Under the pieces are notes generated by a model that was given only the letters and a program-made list of their open reading frames with translations, was not told where the DNA came from and made no database searches. A program made the position numbers and the translations under genes. From contig OZ024741.1 in NCBI GenBank assembly GCA_964016885.1, positions 102,362,001-102,426,000 of the forward strand: a stretch of 64,000 nucleotides of DNA, written 5' to 3'. Shown piece by piece: positions 1 through 10,810 of the stretch (within the stretch, counting starts at the first letter, position 1; each line of letters opens with the position of its first letter). This DNA is from Eledone cirrhosa. Taxonomy: Eukaryota.

Positions 1-172
1 TGTGTATAGTGTTTTGTTTGATGTGTGTTCGTGATTGGGTGACTAGTGTGTGTTTATGTGTTTGTTGTTATTGTGCTTGTGTATGTATTTATTTATTTAT
101 TTATCTATTTATTTACTTATTTATACTTCTCTTAGGTCAGTGTTGTTTGTTTGGGTGTTGTTGTTATTCCAT

Positions 173-214
<42 letters not shown>

Positions 215-264
215 CTTCATAATTTTATTTCCCCTTTACAGCTATCTTTTCCTAAAATTAATAC

Positions 265-617
265 CTATAAGTATACATATAAACTATTTTAATTTCCTGT
301 TATGGATCTAAATTACTTGTAATCTATATAAGTTTGTTATTTCTCACTAATACATTTATCCCCCCCCCCCAAAAAAATTTTTTTCCATTGTTTTTAACAA
401 CATTCTTTAATAACATCTAACGCTTATTTATCACATCTATATGAATTAATATAAATTTATCCCTATAAGTATACATATCAATTAAATTAATTTAATTTCT
501 TTTTATAGATCTAAATTCCTTATGTTTTTAATAAGATTGGTATTTCTCACGAACACATTTATCCTAAAATTTTATTCTCCTTCGATTTTAACATTAGCAT
601 TATTCTTTAATAACATC
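265..617. repeat. Diverged direct duplication, period about 197 bp
   Basis: CCTATAAGTATACATAT...GATCTAAATT...TATTTCTCAC...ACATTTATCC...TTCTTTAATAACATC occurs from 265 and again from about 462. Confidence 0.7.
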
Positions 618-1316
618 AAAGTTTCGTGTACCTTTCACCGGCTTGACCTCTTTTCATCCCCAAAGTAATATTTTCATTTAAAGTATTATTTCCATTCAAA
701 ACTGAAGTCTTCATTCCTCTACCCCTAAATTAAATTTATACTACTACTATTCTATCAACTTGACCACTTACTAGTCTTCTATTGGTCAATTCAAAACCTG
801 TTCCCAAACAGACTTATTATATTAAATCTTTGTTGGTGTTTTTCAATAAACAAATATCATTATTTCTGAAGACAGCATATATATGTGTAGGTATGTATAT
901 TCCCTCTGATAGTTTGTAAAATTTTTACATAGATCTATATGATATACATACCAACACACACATATATATCCTAGAAACGATCGTAAAATGATGAATTTTT
1001 TAATATAAGGAACTGTTTCTTTGTTTTTATTCACTGTTCTTATTAATTTATCTTGACTCTGTTTTCCTGTGATTTTCATCGAAAAAATATTTGAATAGAT
1101 CTTTTCTTTTCATGATATTTGGATTATATTGAGTTCTTCATACGGATTGGACACTACCGTATATTTTGGTAGATTTATCTATCTATCTATATATATATAT
1201 AGATTTTGAGTTTATGTAGTGAAATAACAACCCAACCAGGAACTGGGCATATCAGAGTATTGACAATATTATACACCTCAACAACATATGTACTTGTCTA
1301 TACCATACTAATTCAA

Positions 1317-1377
1317 ACTGCCTGAAGAGGTCATAGCCAAAGATGGCTGTCACTGAAATATATATAGCAGTAATAAA
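1317..1377 (+). ncRNA. Minimal type I hammerhead ribozyme motif, Penelope terminal-repeat type
   Basis: ACTGC-CTGAAGA-[GGTCATAGCCA AAGA TGGCTGTCACT]-GAAA-TATATA-TA-GCAGT, then AATAAA. Stem I ACTGC/GCAGT, core CUGANGA and GAAA, long stem II, palindromic stem III. Confidence 0.7.
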
Positions 1378-1416
1378 CGAAGCTAAATTTTAATCATTTG
1401 ACTTTTTATTTAATTT

Positions 1417-1483
<67 letters not shown>

Positions 1484-1486
1484 TAA

Positions 1487-1672
1487 ATTAGCGAGAATCG
1501 TATTTCGGCTTTGGAATTAGCGAAAAACAACTTTCGAGATGTGTGGCAAGCGCTCAATAATTCTGACGAACTAGAGCTACAACATACGTTAAAGGCCAAA
1601 CACACTGAGACGATGGTTAAACCGTCATCCGCACAGCCATAGAAACGACCAAGTAATTCGGGTCAAACAAAT
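1487..1672 (-). pseudogene. Penelope-like element remnant (decayed RT motif joined to ORF C-terminus)
   Basis: Minus-strand pieces [12 protein letters not shown] (like GLYRDDGL) and SSELLSACHTSRKLFFANSK (like the PLE C-terminal SELISKCRHxNKFLL). Confidence 0.45.
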
Positions 1673-1724
1673 AAAAAAATATGTGATATATATATATCTT
1701 TATATATATATATATCACAATGTA

Positions 1725-1805
<81 letters not shown>

Positions 1806-1853
1806 GTATATATATATATATGTATATATATAGGTATATGTATATATATGTAA

Positions 1854-1884
<31 letters not shown>

Positions 1885-1891
1885 TATATAA

Positions 1892-1965
<74 letters not shown>

Positions 1966-1968
<3 letters not shown>

Positions 1969-2370
1969 TCTAACTTGTGATCTTTCAGGGTGAGGAACTC
2001 TTCCCGCTTAGCTAGAGATTGTAGCTTCCTATCTACCTTAAGGTCGGCGGCAAGTTCCTTGGCTTCCGTATTAATGTCGTGGTAGGCCATAGGGTTAGCT
2101 TTCTTATATTTAGAAGTAATAGCGTTATGGGCCAGGTGGCGGAAAGTGGTGTTGTCGACTTCGTAAATATTATTAGTTTTGTCGGAAAGAACGAAGGTGT
2201 TCTTAGAAGACCTAAATTTCTTAATATCATTTCTGAGTTTCGTTTGAAAGGTGTTAGTGTGTTTGCGAAAGGAAATGTTAGCGACTAAGTCAAGGAGGGT
2301 AGGCTCTCGATTTCAGGTTGAAGGTGTTGTTGGTGCCTGTAATTTAGCCGTAATTTTGCTGTCATTTTGC

Positions 2371-2375
<5 letters not shown>
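1966..2375 (-). pseudogene. Penelope-like element ORF fragment (region N-terminal to the RT core)
   Basis: Reads [42 protein letters not shown]...AITSKYKK...[34 protein letters not shown]. The DKT and ITLKDHK motifs are typical of PLE RTs. Bounded by (TA)n. Confidence 0.75.
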
Positions 2376-2421
<46 letters not shown>

Positions 2422-2422
2422 A

Positions 2423-3173
2423 ATAAATTAACGAAGCCATAGACTCTCGTTATTCCCTGTCAATAATGTGCTCAAAGGAAAAGGAATCCTGAGCTCTTTA
2501 AAATACAATATGTTGAAAAGGTAACACACTAAAGAGAGATAGTGTGCCATCAATAAAACAGAGAAAACCACCAGTGTATTGAGTCTATAATCTATGGAAG
2601 GCAGAGTAGACACACAATAATTAAAAATATAAACTAAAGTGTATATACGACCTCTATAACTATATAACACACGCGTAAAAATCCAAAGAGATCTGTTTCG
2701 CCAGGAAGTTGTTGACTGAAATAGAATAGCCTATGGTTCATCAGCGCGTGCAAGACTATATATTCCAGACAACTCTAAGACAATCTAAAGTGACCGTCCA
2801 GTTACACGTGGCAGAGAGATGTTACAGCGTCTTTAGGGCAGTGAACCAGTGGTATCTGAGGGACGAGCTGCTAGAAAGGGCAGCCCCCAAACCACCCAAA
2901 GAAGTGTGCTCAACCAAACAGAGAGGGGGGGAAAGACTGTTATAAGGAGCGAAATATCACGATAAATTAACGGAGCCATAGACTCCCCCCTGTCAATAAT
3001 GTGCTCAAAGGAAAAAGAATCCTGAGCTCTTTAAAATACAATATGTTGAAAAGGTAACACACTAAAGAGAGATAGTGTGCCATCAATAAAACATGGAAAA
3101 CCACCAGTGTATGGTGGTTTTCCCTGTTTTATTGGTGGCACACTATCTCTCTTTAGTGTGTTACCTTTTCAAC

Positions 3174-3178
<5 letters not shown>
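2423..3178 (-). mobile_element. Non-autonomous hammerhead-containing element with a partial tandem repeat and terminal inversion (Penelope pLTR or retrozyme-like)
   Basis: About 150-bp direct repeats at 2423-2578 and 2962-3110, an inverted copy at 3111-3178, a hammerhead between the direct repeats, and (TA)n on both flanks. Confidence 0.6.
2670..2750 (-). ncRNA. Type I hammerhead ribozyme motif
   Basis: Minus strand: CACGCG-CTGATGA-ACCATAGG...CCTGGC-GAAA-CAGATCT CTTT GGATTTT-TA-CGCGTG. Stem I is a perfect 6 bp and the core is intact. Mismatches at the base of stems II and III. Confidence 0.7.
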
Positions 3179-3236
<58 letters not shown>

Positions 3237-3290
3237 GGAAAAAATGAAACGAAATTTCATTTCCCACTCTTAGTACGGCTGTTACTTAAA

Positions 3291-3410
3291 TATAAGTATG
3301 TACACGTACATACATATATGTATACAGACGTACAGTAGTATGTATATATATATATATACATACTACTGTACGTCTGTATACATATATATATGTACGTGTA
3401 CCTACTTATA
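3291..3410. repeat. Near-perfect palindrome of about 120 bp centred on (TA)n
   Basis: TATAAGTA.GTACACGTACATA...TGTATACAGACGTACAGTAGTATG (TA)n CATACTACTGTACGTCTGTATACA...TATGTACGTGTAC.TACTTATA. Confidence 0.9.
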
Positions 3411-3449
3411 TATATATATATATATATATTTATTAAAATAACAGATTAA

Positions 3450-3500
3450 AGTTTAAGCAAAGAATCGCTGCTTTCACCCTTAACGGGATCTTCTGAAACT
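3450..3500 (-). ncRNA. Degenerate hammerhead-like motif
   Basis: Minus strand: AGTTT-CAGAAGA-TCCCGTTAAGGGT-GAAA-GCA...TGC-TT-AAACT. All three stems pair but the core is CAGAAGA instead of CUGANGA. Confidence 0.35.
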
Positions 3501-3584
3501 AACAAAGTCAATCTGTAAACGCAGAACTGGATATTTCAAAAAACGTTGCAACCGGAGGAAGACAGTCTTCAATTTTATTATTAT

Positions 3585-3638
<54 letters not shown>

Positions 3639-3805
3639 GATATTAAACAAATGGAAACTATATTTATAAAACCATATTTATTTCGTTATATATATTTCTG
3701 GGATATCATATTAAAAATATGGTATGCCTTCCTCAGACAAAATACAATACATAAGCTGTTTTATAAATAATTAGTGACATACCTTGTAATAATGCAACTT
3801 CCTTT

Positions 3806-3874
3806 TAAAAAGTTGATTTTTAAAAAGTTGATTATTAAAAAGTTGATTATTAAAAAGTTGATTATTAAAAAGTT
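3806..3874. repeat. 15-bp minisatellite, about 4.5 copies
   Basis: (TAAAAAGTTGATTAT)n. Confidence 0.9.
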
Positions 3875-4177
3875 TAATATCGTAAACCTACTCCAGAAAC
3901 TGTTGAGTGCTTTTATATCAGTTATAAAATATTTACTCGTTGTAACCCAACAATCTTAAATAAAACTTTTGCATATATATATATATATATATATGTTCGC
4001 GTGTGTTTTGTCTGCATCTATACTTGAAATGAATCGAATTATTGGCTTGCATCATGTGATACACTATCACGTCCTATCCACACAATATCTCCTCCACTGC
4101 CTCAATGTTTCCGGTTTGCATTGAATTTGTACATATGTACATCATCAATAGATTAATTAGGTAGTGCTGTTGGATTG

Positions 4178-4224
<47 letters not shown>

Positions 4225-4259
4225 TACACATATATATATATATATATATATACATATAT

Positions 4260-4315
<56 letters not shown>

Positions 4316-4435
4316 TCAGCACGTGTGTGTACACAGTGAGTTATCTTATTATTGAAACAACATTCAGAAAACTACCACCACCACCACCACCATCATCGAC
4401 ACCAACATGTAACCTACTACTATTACTACTACTAC

Positions 4436-4487
<52 letters not shown>

Positions 4488-4488
<1 letters not shown>

Positions 4489-4698
4489 ATGGATTCCGAT
4501 TTAGGCACAATGCCAGCAATTTTAAGGGAGGGGAAAGTCGATTAAATCAACCCCAGTGCGTGACTGGTACTTTATTTTATCGACCTCGTAGGAATGAAAG
4601 GCACAGCTAACCTCGGCGAAATTAAAACTCAGAAGGAATGAACTATATGCCGCAAAACATGTCCGACGCTCTACCTATACTTCCAGTCCACTCGTCCT
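4488..4698 (-). mobile_element. tRNA-derived SINE (octopus-type, central domain resembles Meta domain)
   Basis: + strand GGCACAATGCCAGCAATTT...ACTGGTACTTTATTTTATCGACCTCGTAGGAATGAAAGGCA...CCTCGGCG...AACTCAGA, with an adjacent (CTA)n tail. Confidence 0.8.
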
Positions 4699-4957
4699 AA
4701 TAATGATTTCATTTATTGGCCACAAGGGCCGACATATAGGGGACAACACAATAGACAGGGACAGTGGGGGTTTACATAGAGATCGAGTAAGTATAAATAA
4801 CAAAAAAACAAAATAACAATAAAAATACAACAATGAAAGTTCCCCAATAAGAGGGATCACCACCCAGGGTTGACTCAAGCACCCCACCAGTCCTGAGCCA
4901 CCCGACGCTCCTAGGGCACCCGGGAAGGGCACCCCTCTCCTTCTCGAATTCACCAGC

Positions 4958-7900
4958 CTACAGGCGCATGATCAGAGTAGGCCCACTCACGCGGGCCATT
5001 CTCGCCACATTCACCCACCTTTCAGTAAATGTACTGGGGGGCAGCACTTCTCTCTCCACCCTCATCTTCCTTTCCAAGTGAAACTTGAAGAAGTTGATGA
5101 GGGATTGGCCGAAGAGAAAAGTGTCTGTCTTCAGTCCTTTCAACCTGGTCCACCATGCAACCTCTTTCGCTACTGCCACCAGGCAGAGGAAAATTGCCTG
5201 CCCTTCCTGACCAAAAGAAGGCGGCGGGTCAATCTTCACTATGGACTCGGACGATAGCCGGATCCGTTCTACACGCGACAATAGATGTTCGACATAACCC
5301 CACAAGTCAGCAATGCACGGACACTGGACGAGTGCGTGCAGAACGGTTTCGTCGCTCTGCGCGCATCTCGGGCAGGTTCGTCTGACAGCACTTCCGTGCC
5401 TGTAGAGTTTATCCCGAACCGGCAGCGCGCCCCGGTAGCACTGCCAAGCGAGGGATTTCTGGAAGTTATCCATCGTCCCCGGCTCGAAAGTCCTCCGGAA
5501 CATACTGGTCAGTTCTACTTCATTGACGCCTAGAGCCTCTCCTAGTACGTCATCGTACTTGCCCTCCACTAATCCTCTATAGAAATCTTGAGTGGAAGTT
5601 CCACTGACCGCATTGCCCACCTTGCAGAGTGCAGTGAGCGCCTGGCAACATTCCAGATGCCAGTCGCCCAGTCTCGGTCTCTTCTTGACACAGGACTGCA
5701 GCTCAGTCAAAGAGATGAGCTGCGGAAAGGCCCGTCTAACAAACGGCGACCACACCTGTTCACCGTTTAGGCAAAATATCTGGAGATGTCGCAGCCTCAG
5801 CGCATGTCTGCGCATCATTAGCCACGGCATGCCCAGCCCTCCACGAAGAGGGTGCTGGCAGCAGATGGACCGCCTCACCAACGGGACCCGTCCCCTCCAC
5901 AAAAATTTGAAAAGGAGCCGTTCCAAATTGGCGAGGCGTGCACGGGGGCAAGGCACGACGGTCAGGCGGTAGTAGATGACGGACGCGATGTACGCGTTCG
6001 CCACCTCCGCCCGCCCTTTCAGTGATAGCTTTCTCTCAGCCAATTTCTGGGTGAGGTTGGCTATCCTGCTCGTCACCTCGTCCCAATTCTTATCCACCTG
6101 GAGGTCTGGTCCGAACCAAACCCCGAGCAACTTTACCGGTCCGTCTGTCCAGCGCCCAACGACGCTGTTGGACGGCATGGACTTGCCTCTCCAGGTGCCG
6201 AGCTGCAAGCCCACCGACTTTTCCGGGTTAAGTTTTGCTCCCGTCAACCTTTCATATTCCTCCAAATGGGTGCGGATCACCTCGATTTCCGAGGTGTCCG
6301 ACACCATCACGGTGATGTCGTCCGCATAAGCGGACGCAGCCTTTCTACGTCCCGGTTCGAGCGGGATGCCCTGCAACAACTCCAGCTTCCGCAGTAGAGG
6401 CTCAAGAGTCAATACGTACAGAAGTGAGGAGAGAGGACACCCTTGACGGACCGATCGAGAGATCTGAAACGGTTCCGAGAGGTGGCCATTAACTTTGACC
6501 ACCGAGCAGATGCCGCTGTACATTGCAGCGATCCAGCTTCTGAAGACGGGGCCGAAGCCAGCCGCCTCGAGGACAGCCTCCAAGTACCGATGGTCGACCC
6601 TATCGAATGCTTTCGATTGATCTAAATTGATCAGAGCCCCACCGAAGCCAGGTTTGCACTCAACCCTCTCTATGATGTACCGCATGAGGTGGAGGTTGTC
6701 GTGTATGGACCTGGTCGGGATTGCGCAAGTTTGCGCCTCCCCAACCAAATATTTGACGACAAGCGCCAACCTTTTCGCTAACACCTTGGCCAAAATCTTA
6801 AACTCTTTGTTGAGCAGGGTTATGGGCCTGAAATTATCTAGTGTGTCCCTCTTGTTCTCGTCTTTCCTTATCAGCGTCACTACGCCACGGCTCACAGAAC
6901 TGGGAATGCTCCCGTTCTGCTGCCAGTTGCAGTAGAGCGCTTCGAGGAGATCGGAGAACAAGTCTGGCATATTTACGTAAAGCTCGTAGGGTAGACCATC
7001 CAAACCGGGTGACTTGCGACTCGAGCAGCCGACAAGGGCGTCCTGAATTTCGACTGATGTTATCGGCTCTTCGCAACGCTCAGCGTCGGCCGTCGAGAGG
7101 CGTGGCAAGCCGTCGAGGTAGGGACTGAAGTCCGCCGCCGTCTCCGACTCACCCATCCTCCCGAACAATCGAGCAAAGTGCTGGCGAAAGGCCCCACACA
7201 TCTGCTTGGAATCGCTCAGTTCGTGTCCATCTCGATCCGTCAAAGACCGAATTGTGGTTTTATTTCCACGCTGCGTCTCTGCAAAGCGAGCCCATCGGGC
7301 AGCTTTGGTTCCCTCGTTCCTCAGAGCACGCGCCTTAGCTCTGACAATGCAACCTTCGTGTTTCGCATTGAAGAAATGGTCTAGTGCCATTCTCGCCGCT
7401 AGCACGTCTGTTGCAATGCCACTACAAATAGCCTCGTCTAACTTAGCTATCAGCCCCTCCTCCTTTCTATTTTTATCTATTGCTACTTCTTTGCTAAATC
7501 CTATCGAGGTTGCTCTAATCTCTCTTTTGAGAGCCCCCCACCACCTGTTGTTGACAACCCCCCCTGTCAACTTTTGCTTAACTAAGTTGTTGACCCGGTC
7601 CCTGTAAGCTTTACATGCCGGAAACGACATGTTTAGCTTCCAGTAGCTAGGTCCTAACCTACGTGTCTTATCTAGGTCGACCATACAGATCACAAGCTTG
7701 TGATCTGAATAGGCAACCGTTTTAAAATGTGGACATCCTACACTATTTCTATCTCTTTTCCTAATGAAAATCCTATCTATGTACGATCTAGATGACCCTA
7801 TGCGATTGGTCCAGGTCCATACTGGCGCATTAGGGAAATCTAGTCGGTACCTGTCAGACAGTTGAAACTGGCTGATCAGGTACTTGAGGCTTTTGCACCC

Positions 7901-8377
7901 CCCGCTCCTATCAGATACTCCCACACAATCCCAGCGTGCTTCTAAGATGCCATTCCAATCCCCTATTAACAGTAAAGGGCGAGACGTAAGCAGAAAGTTT
8001 TCCAGGCGCCTAAAGAAGTCCGGCCGACCGGCCCCAGTAGGGGCGTAGACGGCCACCAGTCTAAAGGCACCACCTTCGCTATTGCTCACGTCCAGGACCA
8101 CCAACTTTCCGTCAGGATCCCGGAAGATTGACCTTACCTCGAGATCCAGACATTTCCTAAACAGCACAGCCACTCCACCTCCCATTCCCGGCCGACTAAC
8201 AGATGCAAAGATCTGATAATCGTCGAAAATCGGCGCCAGTGCGCGTGTGTCGGAAATTCTGGTCTCGCTGATGGCAATTACATCCATTCCTAGTGACCTG
8301 AGGTCGTTGAGCAAGTGACCTTGCTTCCAGAGCGACCCCAGGCCACGAACATTTAAACTTCCTACTCTTATGGCCAT
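4958..8377 (-). CDS. LINE ORF2p: APE endonuclease, reverse transcriptase and C-terminal CCHC zinc finger (1139 aa, uninterrupted)
   Basis: SLNVRGL, ISET, VYAP, GDWN, IDRIF, SDH (APE); KSPGLDG, NFRPITLLN, DQSKAFDRVDH, VRQGCPLS, AYADD (RT); CPRC...ETVLHALVQC. Confidence 0.95.
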   Translation of the reverse strand: MAIRVGSLNVRGLGSLWKQGHLLNDLRSLGMDVIAISETRISDTRALAPIFDDYQIFASVSRPGMGGGVAVLFRKCLDLEVRSIFRDPDGKLVVLDVSNSEGGAFRLVAVYAPTGAGRPDFFRRLENFLLTSRPLLLIGDWNGILEARWDCVGVSDRSGGCKSLKYLISQFQLSDRYRLDFPNAPVWTWTNRIGSSRSYIDRIFIRKRDRNSVGCPHFKTVAYSDHKLVICMVDLDKTRRLGPSYWKLNMSFPACKAYRDRVNNLVKQKLTGGVVNNRWWGALKREIRATSIGFSKEVAIDKNRKEEGLIAKLDEAICSGIATDVLAARMALDHFFNAKHEGCIVRAKARALRNEGTKAARWARFAETQRGNKTTIRSLTDRDGHELSDSKQMCGAFRQHFARLFGRMGESETAADFSPYLDGLPRLSTADAERCEEPITSVEIQDALVGCSSRKSPGLDGLPYELYVNMPDLFSDLLEALYCNWQQNGSIPSSVSRGVVTLIRKDENKRDTLDNFRPITLLNKEFKILAKVLAKRLALVVKYLVGEAQTCAIPTRSIHDNLHLMRYIIERVECKPGFGGALINLDQSKAFDRVDHRYLEAVLEAAGFGPVFRSWIAAMYSGICSVVKVNGHLSEPFQISRSVRQGCPLSSLLYVLTLEPLLRKLELLQGIPLEPGRRKAASAYADDITVMVSDTSEIEVIRTHLEEYERLTGAKLNPEKSVGLQLGTWRGKSMPSNSVVGRWTDGPVKLLGVWFGPDLQVDKNWDEVTSRIANLTQKLAERKLSLKGRAEVANAYIASVIYYRLTVVPCPRARLANLERLLFKFLWRGRVPLVRRSICCQHPLRGGLGMPWLMMRRHALRLRHLQIFCLNGEQVWSPFVRRAFPQLISLTELQSCVKKRPRLGDWHLECCQALTALCKVGNAVSGTSTQDFYRGLVEGKYDDVLGEALGVNEVELTSMFRRTFEPGTMDNFQKSLAWQCYRGALPVRDKLYRHGSAVRRTCPRCAQSDETVLHALVQCPCIADLWGYVEHLLSRVERIRLSSESIVKIDPPPSFGQEGQAIFLCLVAVAKEVAWWTRLKGLKTDTFLFGQSLINFFKFHLERKMRVEREVLPPSTFTERWVNVARMARVSGPTLIMRL

Positions 8378-8406
8378 GCTGGCAGGATGAATGGGAGAGG
8401 AAAGGT

Positions 8407-10314
8407 TTACTTACCTTCCGGGGTCTTGTGAAGGTCGGGTGGTTCGACCTCCATGGTTTGTGGGGTTTCTTTTGGGAACCCCTTTAATAGTCTTGAAGTG
8501 GGTTTTACGTTCGGGGTTCCCACATCCCGAGGAAAGCTCTTTCGAATTTCTTTGTATGAAGCGAGCGACATTCGCATCAGAAGCAAATTATCTGGTACGC
8601 GAAATGTGCTCGCTTCAAATGTTTCCCCCTCTTTTTCGATGTTTGTGCTTCGTGCTACATGGGCCATCAATTCCTTGTTGGCCCTTCTGGCAAGCACGAA
8701 GTTTTTAATGTTTTGTTGCTCGGGTTTTATTTGTTCGTGTGATTGTGGTGGTGATAGCTTTGTTAGTGTTGTTTCTATTGTGTCTGTGTTTGTTGTGGGT
8801 GGGGTGTCTGTAGTTTCTGATGTTTGTGTGTTTATTTGTTCTTGTGTCTGTTTAGCTTGTTTGCGTTTGGGGGATTTTGGTGGTTGTGTTGGTGATGCTG
8901 TGGGGAAAATGTTTGTGTGGGTGGTGTGTGTATTTTTTTTGTGGGGGTGTTTGTGCTTTGTGGATTTCTTTTTTTTTGTGTTTTGTTTTTTGTATTTTGG
9001 GGGACTTTGGTTTTCCCTCATCTTCACTGCTGGAGGATGAGGGGTCTGTGGCTGTGAGCGTGTTTGTGTCTGAGTGAGTGTTTATGTTCTTGTTCGTGTG
9101 TATATTTTTTTTTTTGGGGGGGGGGGAATGGGAGAGCTTTCCTCGTTTCCCCCCTGGGTGTGCAATTTTGGTGGTTCCATTGTTGACGGTGTTGCTGGTG
9201 GTCCTTGTCCCGGCGTCGCCAGCAGTGGAATCTTTCGACCCCTTGCGCTTTTCGGCAGTTGAGGGCAGAAGGCTCGCAAGTGTGTCGTTTCCCCACAAAG
9301 GAAACAATGCGGCCTTTTGCCCTCAGTCATTATATGCAACACCCTCCCGTTTTGGAGGTGGATGTGGTCCGGGATTGCTTTTACGTTTTCGGGTCTGATT
9401 TGGAGCAGTATCTCCAGATCAACCCAGTCGTCCCTGGCAGTTCTCGTTGCCTCTACCGGGACTGTATCCGTTCCTTCCACGATTACGCAACCCAGGAGCC
9501 ACCACATATCAAGTCCTGGTGGAATCCTGGGAATGCGCACACGTGCTATTCGTTTTCCCATGTGGGAGGGGTACATTATGACCTTGCTGGTTTTGCAAGG
9601 GGTCATTGAATGCTTCACAGCGAGGGCTTCAGACTTGAACAGCACCGAAACGGTGCCGTATTGCCTGCCCCTCTCTATGAAGTCTGTGTCCTCTCTGATG
9701 TATTTCAGTGCGGCTTCTATATCAGCTTGGGCGATTATCGCTGCCCTCTTTGTCTCTACTGAGATGCATCTGAAATGCACCGTTCTTTTTTCCACTGCCT
9801 CAATGGCTTCTGCCGGGACAGTTAATTTTGCCCAGGTCTGCTCTTGATTTATGATTTTCCAGGCCTGGGCCAACTTTTCCTCTCTGTTGGTTAAGTCGAT
9901 GCTGTAGCATGGTCTCCTTTTAGCCGCTGCCACAGCAGCGAAGGTGTTCTTGTTGGTGTTGTCACTGTTGTTGTTCTTGTTGGTGTTGCTGCTGCTATTG
10001 CTGTTGTTGTTCTCCCCTGTGTCGTGGTTACCCTCTGTGCTGTTGGCCTTGTTGGTGCTGCTGCTGTCGCTACTATTACTCTCTGTGCTGTTCGTTTTGT
10101 TGGTGCTCTCGCTATTACCACCTTCTGCGCTGTTCGGCTTGTTGGTGTTGGTGTTGTCGCTGTTACCACCTTCCGCGCCGCTCGGCCCGTTGGTGCTGGC
10201 ACTGTCGCTGCTCACACTCGTGCTGGTGGCGCTCCTCGCCCCACCTCTCCTCTCAACGCTCAAGTCGCCGTTGCACGACAGCAGACCCGCCTCTAGGGGG
10301 CGTGGCTCCGCCAT
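8407..10314 (-). CDS. LINE ORF1p (N/S-rich N-terminus, CX2CX4HX4C knuckle, T/K/P-rich linker), one in-frame interruption
   Basis: ORFs 9082..10314 and 8407..9027 are in the same frame, separated only by TAA at 9082-9084 next to T/G homopolymers. Knuckle CFLCGETTHLRAFC. Confidence 0.8.
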
Positions 10315-10810
10315 GTTTTTTTGAGAAAAAAAATTATTATTTTTCCAAAATAAAGTTCAAATATTTGGGCCAAAAGGCCCAAATATTATGAGTTATTCCT
10401 TCACAGGATACAAATGAATGTCTTATAATGCTTCAGCGGTACAAAAAAATAAACAATTCTCCACAATTAATCCTCAAAAAATTGCTTACTCACGGAGCTT
10501 CAAAAAACGTACATCCACTTTCGTCAATAATAATAATGATAATAATAATAATAATAATAATGATTTCTTTATTAACCACAAGGGTTTACATAAAGTAGAC
10601 ATTAAGGACAGTGCAGGACAATACAGGACGTTACAAATGGGCATTTCTGCGTGTAAAAAACAAAAACAGAGGATGTAACAAAAATAACAATGAAAAATTC
10701 CCCAATAGGGGGGAGACTTCGGAGGGACATTTGTGTAGAAAGCCCAGTAAAAAGCCACAATGACCCTGACCACCAAGGCAAGTGCCCTCTCCCAGTTTTC
10801 CACCTTTAAT

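Larger units (their letters stand above)
4706..10525 (-). mobile_element. Full-length L1/Tx1-clade LINE, copy A (about 5.8 kb)
   Basis: 5'UTR, ORF1 with zinc knuckle, ORF2 APE-RT-CCHC, and a 3'UTR ending CCCTTGTGGCCAATAAATGAAATCATTATT. (AAT)n on both sides. Confidence 0.93.

Noticed and set aside
9-4545. Short ORFs rich in YI, CV or poly-L (also 28534-28767 and 31981-33865)
   Set aside because: Translations of (TA)n, (TG)n and (CTA)n microsatellites or AT-rich low-complexity DNA
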